This document shows, piece after piece, positions 59,429 to 64,000 of a DNA stretch of 64,000 nt. The DNA is from Opitutales bacterium (lineage in GTDB: Bacteria > Verrucomicrobiota > Verrucomicrobiia > Opitutales > PNEW01), in the NCBI GenBank assembly GCA_965197745.1, contig CBDANS010000007.1, positions 1,052,306 to 1,116,305 of the forward strand, written 5' to 3'. The notes under the pieces were generated by a model. That model saw only the letters and a list, made by a program, of their open reading frames with translations, had not been told where the DNA came from and searched no databases. Position numbers and translations under genes: made by a program. The stretch's first letter is position 1. Each line of letters opens with the position of its first letter.

Positions 59429-59466
59429 CCGAACGCAGCGCTTTACCGGGCTGAGCTACACCTCGC
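59422..59466 (-). pseudogene. 5' half of a tRNA-Pro(CGG)-like gene (acceptor 5' strand, D arm, anticodon arm) without T arm
   Basis: GCGAGGT-GT-AGCTCAGCCCGGTAAAGC-G-CTGCG-TTCGGGA-CGCAG. The downstream sequence is not tRNA-like. Confidence 0.5.
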
Positions 59467-59631
59467 TTAATACAGGGTAATACTTATATTACTTTTTAAA
59501 GTGTCAACGAAAGTAAATATTTACGGGGTGCTCGTATAATTCATTGATTGCCATTTACCATAGCGACCATGATCAGCCTTCGTCCCGCGGTAGTTTGACT
59601 AATGTAAGGCAGGGTATAGATTTATCCCTAT

Positions 59632-59768
59632 GTCATTGCGAGGATCCCGCAGCTGCGGGAGACGCGGCTACCGATGGCAAAGTCCGACATCTTCCATTCC
59701 AGGCGAATGAATGTACGCAACCGACATCCCCCTGGATCGCCACGGCTGACAAGCAGCCTCGCGATGAC
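59632..59768. repeat. 137-bp element with 12-nt terminal inverted repeats and an internal 16-nt palindrome
   Basis: GTCATTGCGAGG ... CCTCGCGATGAC (one G-T position). Internal TCCCGCAGCTGCGGGA. Confidence 0.6.
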
Positions 59769-60003
59769 AAATAGGATGCAAACTAGATCTGCTTTAATTT
59801 CGCTACAGTAGGACTACGGCTGTCAGGTAGTCTGCTCCACCTAATGTTAATTAATAATGTAAAGAGGTGGAACGCGGTGTCCCTACCGCGTTATATATTT
59901 AAATTGTAGTGATAAAATAAGTGTGCTGGGACAGCCCGCTCCACCTCACTTAATTGCGTAACACTTTAAACTTAATACTTAAAACTGATCGATAGATCAC
60001 ACA

Positions 60004-61980
60004 TCACTCGATCGTGATCTCATCAATAGCCACGGTAATCTCGTCACCGTCCTCGTTGGCGAAAGTGGCGTCGATACTCTGTGTCGGCTGAGGTGTTTCG
60101 TCGGACTTGAAGTTGTTCTGGGTGATCAGGGTGTCAAACCCGGTCGTTGTTGAACCACTCTCCGCGACCACGACCGCGACGCCGTTTGTCTGCAAGAGGT
60201 CGCCACCGGTGATCCGCAACCCAGGGTTGCCCGCCGGTATCGTGAAGGACCCATCAGCGAATAAGATGTGGGGCACCGCATCGCCATCAGCATCAATGTC
60301 GCCGATGGTTAAGCGTACCGCGATCGGTACGCCCCGTGCATCGAAGCCCACCTTGCCCGTGCTTCCACTGAACACGGCATTCGATAACTGTACCCCTCCC
60401 AGTCCCGTGGAGTTGACTACTTCCACGAGGGCCACATCGGCCTGGGCGTCATAAACCTGTCCTTCGGGGAACAGCGCCTGGTTAAAGGCGTTGATCCTGC
60501 CCACCGTGAAGATGCTGAAAAAGGTGTTGGCGTCCGCTCCGTCGATGACTACGCTCGGCTTACCCGTCACATACTCAACCTGCTGGTTGTAGCGTGGGGG
60601 AATGGCCGGGGGCAGGAAGGTGGCCGGGTCGAGGGTTACGGTAAAGGTACCGTTGCCTGAGAATTCTACCTGTACAATGTCCTCGTTTTCATCCATGAAG
60701 GAAACGCGGGTGATCTGTCCCGTTTTGACCTGCAGTTGGACGGACTCACCGGTGAGTAAAATCTGGTCGAAGACATTACCGTTGGCATGCTGGATATCTT
60801 CTCCGGCAATATCACCTGAGCCGTCGAGGACGAGGGGCACGGAGGGAGCGGCCACGGTGATGACCGCGGTATCGCTGTCGGGTGCGCCGATAGGGGTAAA
60901 CCCAAAATCATCGATAGAAATAAGTTGAAAACTGCCGCTCGTATCGGTTTCTGCACTATTAGTATAAGTAACTTTACCAATTCCACCTGGGGCCCCTAAT
61001 TCAGCGGCATTGAAATCAAAAAAAGTGAAAGGGACAATAGATGCAATATTGATACTTTGCGGGATTTCATCTGTCGAGGTAAGCAAAATGTCTTCGGTGT
61101 CAAAAACATTGATCTCTCCGTCACCCGAAATAAAGGAGGCGGCGTAAAACTGAACTTGAGCAGCCGGTGTTTCAAAGGTGATCGTCCCTGTCGTGTCGTT
61201 GAGTACCGCCCAGACTGCCCGACCGTCATTTCTAGAGAAATCAATGGGTAAAGAGTGATTGAATGCTGGTATATCAAAAACAACTTGCGCTATCCCGCCC
61301 GTAAAAGTGACAGTAGCGGGAGACTGACCGAGGGTAAAATTAACTCGGGCGGTGAAGTCACTCAGGACAGGATGAATGTTTAATCCCTCAAAATCTTCGA
61401 AAAGAGTATTGTTCGGCGGTCCTACCACATAAGTGAATCCAAGATCATCGAGGGAAAATTGCCCCGTTACGTTAGTGACCTTTAGTTCTATAACGCCGTT
61501 CACAAAATTGAGATCCGAAGTGTCCTGGGCATCTCCACTAAAGGCGGTGAAACTTTGAAATGCGGGACTAACGTCAGGGTTAATATTAGTCGGTAGTCCC
61601 TCAGCTATACCTTGCTCGGTTATAACTTGAAGACCCCTTTCTCTTAACTCGATCCTTCCCGCGCCATCTGTTTCAGCCGCATAGAACTGGAGGTGATTGA
61701 CCCCTCGTTCAAAAATAATTTTTCCCTCCTGTGCGCCTGGGACAAGGACCAATGCCTGGGTACCCGAATGGGCGAGATTCGGGTTGTCTACGGTTTCCAG
61801 GGTAAAGTTAATTACCCGGATAGTGAAGGGGGATTCGCCAATGACAAATTCAGTTCCCTCCACGGTTACTCCTTCAAAATCGATGAAGGTTTCAAGGTCT
61901 TGGGGTAGGGCATAGAGACACACCGGTAAATAGAGCAAAAGAATCAGAAGCGGAATTATTTTTATGGGTTTTATTTTCAT
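60004..61980 (-). CDS. Secreted protein with the shared 276-aa C-terminal domain
   Basis: Signal peptide MKIKPIKIIPLLILLLYLPVCLYA. The C-terminal domain (60007-60834) is about 80% identical to 3946-4773. Confidence 0.8.
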   Translation of the reverse strand: MKIKPIKIIPLLILLLYLPVCLYALPQDLETFIDFEGVTVEGTEFVIGESPFTIRVINFTLETVDNPNLAHSGTQALVLVPGAQEGKIIFERGVNHLQFYAAETDGAGRIELRERGLQVITEQGIAEGLPTNINPDVSPAFQSFTAFSGDAQDTSDLNFVNGVIELKVTNVTGQFSLDDLGFTYVVGPPNNTLFEDFEGLNIHPVLSDFTARVNFTLGQSPATVTFTGGIAQVVFDIPAFNHSLPIDFSRNDGRAVWAVLNDTTGTITFETPAAQVQFYAASFISGDGEINVFDTEDILLTSTDEIPQSINIASIVPFTFFDFNAAELGAPGGIGKVTYTNSAETDTSGSFQLISIDDFGFTPIGAPDSDTAVITVAAPSVPLVLDGSGDIAGEDIQHANGNVFDQILLTGESVQLQVKTGQITRVSFMDENEDIVQVEFSGNGTFTVTLDPATFLPPAIPPRYNQQVEYVTGKPSVVIDGADANTFFSIFTVGRINAFNQALFPEGQVYDAQADVALVEVVNSTGLGGVQLSNAVFSGSTGKVGFDARGVPIAVRLTIGDIDADGDAVPHILFADGSFTIPAGNPGLRITGGDLLQTNGVAVVVAESGSTTTGFDTLITQNNFKSDETPQPTQSIDATFANEDGDEITVAIDEITIE

Positions 61981-62153
61981 GCTGTTATAACGATTAAATC
62001 GAGGCCAGAGATGTGGCGAGGAAATTGCGCTTTCGGAAAACTCGATGGCCTTTCTTGAAGCAGTTAAACTTTACTTTTCCTCTCGATTGCCACAATAATT
62101 GTAATAGTATGCAACAGTTTTTTAGCCGGTTAGAAAAATCCATTATGGAGTGA

Positions 62154-62969
62154 TTGATTATGACGCCTGAAGAAAGATATTTATTCGACCTCCAAGGTTA
62201 CCTTTTCATCCCACAGGCGATACCGAGTGATTTGGTGCAGCGAATGAATGATGAAATTGACAAGCTGGAATCTCTTAATGATGAGGAGGCAGCCGATCTG
62301 GGAATAAGTCGGAAGTATCACGATGATCTCAAGTCCGGATGGAATGAGATATCAAAAAAGAATCAATCACGCGATTACGATTGCAATTTATTGCGCTGGG
62401 GAGGTCCTTTTGAGGAGATAATCGATTGTCCTCGGACTCTTCCCTACATCGACGCGATGATTAATGAGCCTCTGCGCCTCGATGGATATATGTTTATGAC
62501 ACGCAATCAGGGGCACTGCACCAAATTACATCACGGTTATGCTGAGCTTTTATCTTACAGTGAATATGCCATTGATGAAGGGCAGTTTAAATGTGTGAGT
62601 GTAAAAATTTCCTACGCACTCAGGGATGTTTCTACCGAGGAGGGTTCATTCGCCGTTATTCCGGGAAGTCACAAAAGCAATTTTAAAAATCCATTTGAAA
62701 GAGAGATACCCGATGAAAATCACCCTTTAATTGTAGCCTGTCCCTGCAAAGCGGGTGATGCGGTCATTTTCTCTGAAGATCTCACTCATGGATCATTAGT
62801 CAATAAAAGCAATAGGGCTCGCCGCACCCTCTTCATCTCTTACGCCCCGGCATTTCAAAGCCCCTGGGGTAAACTGGTGGATACCGCGGACGGTTTCGAA
62901 GATAGAGCTACTCCCAAGCGATTGGAATTGATTAAAGGCCCTGCACCATTTGCCATCGCGGGGACTTAA
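62154..62969 (+). CDS. PhyH-family dioxygenase
   Basis: IPGSHKSNF motif, with family-typical length and layout. Confidence 0.7.
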   Translation: MIMTPEERYLFDLQGYLFIPQAIPSDLVQRMNDEIDKLESLNDEEAADLGISRKYHDDLKSGWNEISKKNQSRDYDCNLLRWGGPFEEIIDCPRTLPYIDAMINEPLRLDGYMFMTRNQGHCTKLHHGYAELLSYSEYAIDEGQFKCVSVKISYALRDVSTEEGSFAVIPGSHKSNFKNPFEREIPDENHPLIVACPCKAGDAVIFSEDLTHGSLVNKSNRARRTLFISYAPAFQSPWGKLVDTADGFEDRATPKRLELIKGPAPFAIAGT

Positions 62970-62970
62970 C

Positions 62971-63073
62971 CGACGACCTGCAGAACTACCCAACTGCCAA
63001 TAAGGTAGATTACTATCACCTGCCAATGTGAACGTCGATGGATCTCGTGGATAAGCTGGGTTAATCTGGGCAT
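62971..63073 (-). pseudogene. 5' stub (about 34 codons) of a third TolB-like/TPR paralogue with its leader
   Basis: Encodes [34 protein letters not shown]. The upstream 120 nt matches the leaders at 45659 and 54113. Confidence 0.75.
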
Positions 63074-63192
63074 GGTAAATGCAGCAAAAGATGGCGAATG
63101 CTTGGGAGGAACCAGGTCGTTAGGCTGAAACCATTAGCTTAAACTGTAAAGGATGAAGCAATCGACTGAGTAAGGGGGGCATTTTGACCCAA

Positions 63193-63245
63193 TCGTTTTC
63201 AAGCCGTAGTAAGAGGAAACTCTATGGGGTCGGGGTGTAGTCTTA
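63193..63245 (+). repeat. OR copy J (degenerate)
   Basis: TTTTCAAGCCGTAGTAAGAGGAAACTCTATGGGGTCGGGGTGTAG. Confidence 0.45.
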
Positions 63246-63255
63246 ACTTTTATTA

Positions 63256-64000
63256 TTAATTATTCATCGCTTCGATAAAGCCCCAATCATCTAACCATTT
63301 TATCCAGCGTGCTCGCTTCTCACTGCCATCGGGATTTTCCAACCACCACGGATGATAGTATGGCGAATCGTGCAAATCCATTCTCGAACTGATGGATTTG
63401 GCATTTTCCGCCAGCGCGCGCAGTTCCTCTTCTTCTTGAGCCGTCTTTGGATTGCTGTAAAAAGCTAGTGAACAGTTCCTGCGGTCTTCATAACCCCCAA
63501 AAGCCGCGTGCCATAATCTCTGGTTAAAAGTGATGACATCACCCGGCTGCGAACAGAATATATAAGCGGGGATATCTTCACCACGCATGCCCGACTCATT
63601 TCGAAATGTTTCTTCGTTATCATCAGATATACTCAACCCTATGCGAATCAGTTCATCGAATAAGGGACTAATATGCGAACCCGGAATTAAACGCAATGAT
63701 CCGTGGTCACCGGAGGTGGGTTGCAGATAGGTGAGGTTTTTGAGACCGCGAATATGCCGCTGTATCATATCCGGGTGCCAGAGGGTGTCATGTCTATAGC
63801 TGTGGGCATTGGAATACACGGGGACCGTGTCTTCTCCTTGTAATTGCTCCGTTGGCACACAAATGCGCGGATCTTCCAAAAGACCCGCCATTAATGGTGT
63901 TTCTGGAATGAGGTTAGACCAATTAGGCCATTTACGGGTACGGAGATCTATCTTTTTATCAAAATCATCTTTAATCGTGTCGAGATGCTGATCGAACTCC
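63256..64000 (-). CDS. PhyH-like dioxygenase, 5' end outside the window
   Basis: The frame stays open upstream of the called Met through to position 64000. WHPD (HxD) and IPGSHISP motifs. Confidence 0.7.
   Translation of the reverse strand, partial: EFDQHLDTIKDDFDKKIDLRTRKWPNWSNLIPETPLMAGLLEDPRICVPTEQLQGEDTVPVYSNAHSYRHDTLWHPDMIQRHIRGLKNLTYLQPTSGDHGSLRLIPGSHISPLFDELIRIGLSISDDNEETFRNESGMRGEDIPAYIFCSQPGDVITFNQRLWHAAFGGYEDRRNCSLAFYSNPKTAQEEEELRALAENAKSISSRMDLHDSPYYHPWWLENPDGSEKRARWIKWLDDWGFIEAMNN

Noticed and set aside
42452-63245. CRISPR array
   Set aside because: The repeats are 70-85 nt long and imperfect. They are separated by 0.3-3 kb segments that contain ordinary genes. No cas genes are present.

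Overview
A mosaic, heavily rearranged bacterial chromosomal segment. The lineage cannot be assigned from sequence alone. The core genes are AT-leaning (hemF-hemE-hemY, an SDR gene, ybaB-recR, tRNA-Gly). The recognisable core block at 36.6-42.2 kb has accessory DNA on both sides.

Left side:
- An IS3 copy abuts the end of a Fic-like gene and truncates a DinB-like remnant.
- A large secreted trypsin-like protease follows.
- Next is a plasmid-like non-coding region with tandem promoter/terminator units and 52-bp iterons.
- Integrase module 1 (10.0-14.1 kb) and its paralogue, module 2 (32.4-36.5 kb), lie in direct orientation.
- They bracket a visibly high-GC block of about 17 kb (15.3-32.3 kb). 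It encodes a HAMP histidine kinase with a binding protein, an RsbW/RsbU/STAS-type partner-switching set, Amt, a decayed TonB-dependent receptor, and an RND/LolA-like export set.

Right side (42.2-59.4 kb plus 63 kb):
- An accessory island lies between recR/tRNA-Gly and a diverged recR 3' remnant.
- The island is divided into one- or two-gene units by a 70-85 nt repeat family. All ten copies share one orientation.
- It also carries an IS3 and an IS4 insertion, each with target-site duplications, three TolB-like/TPR paralogues, and a cluster of PhyH-type dioxygenases.

Four IS3 copies share the same small internal disruption.

The two best candidates for something undescribed are:
- the oriented-repeat cassette-like array
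- the 640-790 nt conserved non-coding spacer inside both integrase modules

All calls rest on reading the sequence and on motif recognition from memory. No searches or folding programs were run.
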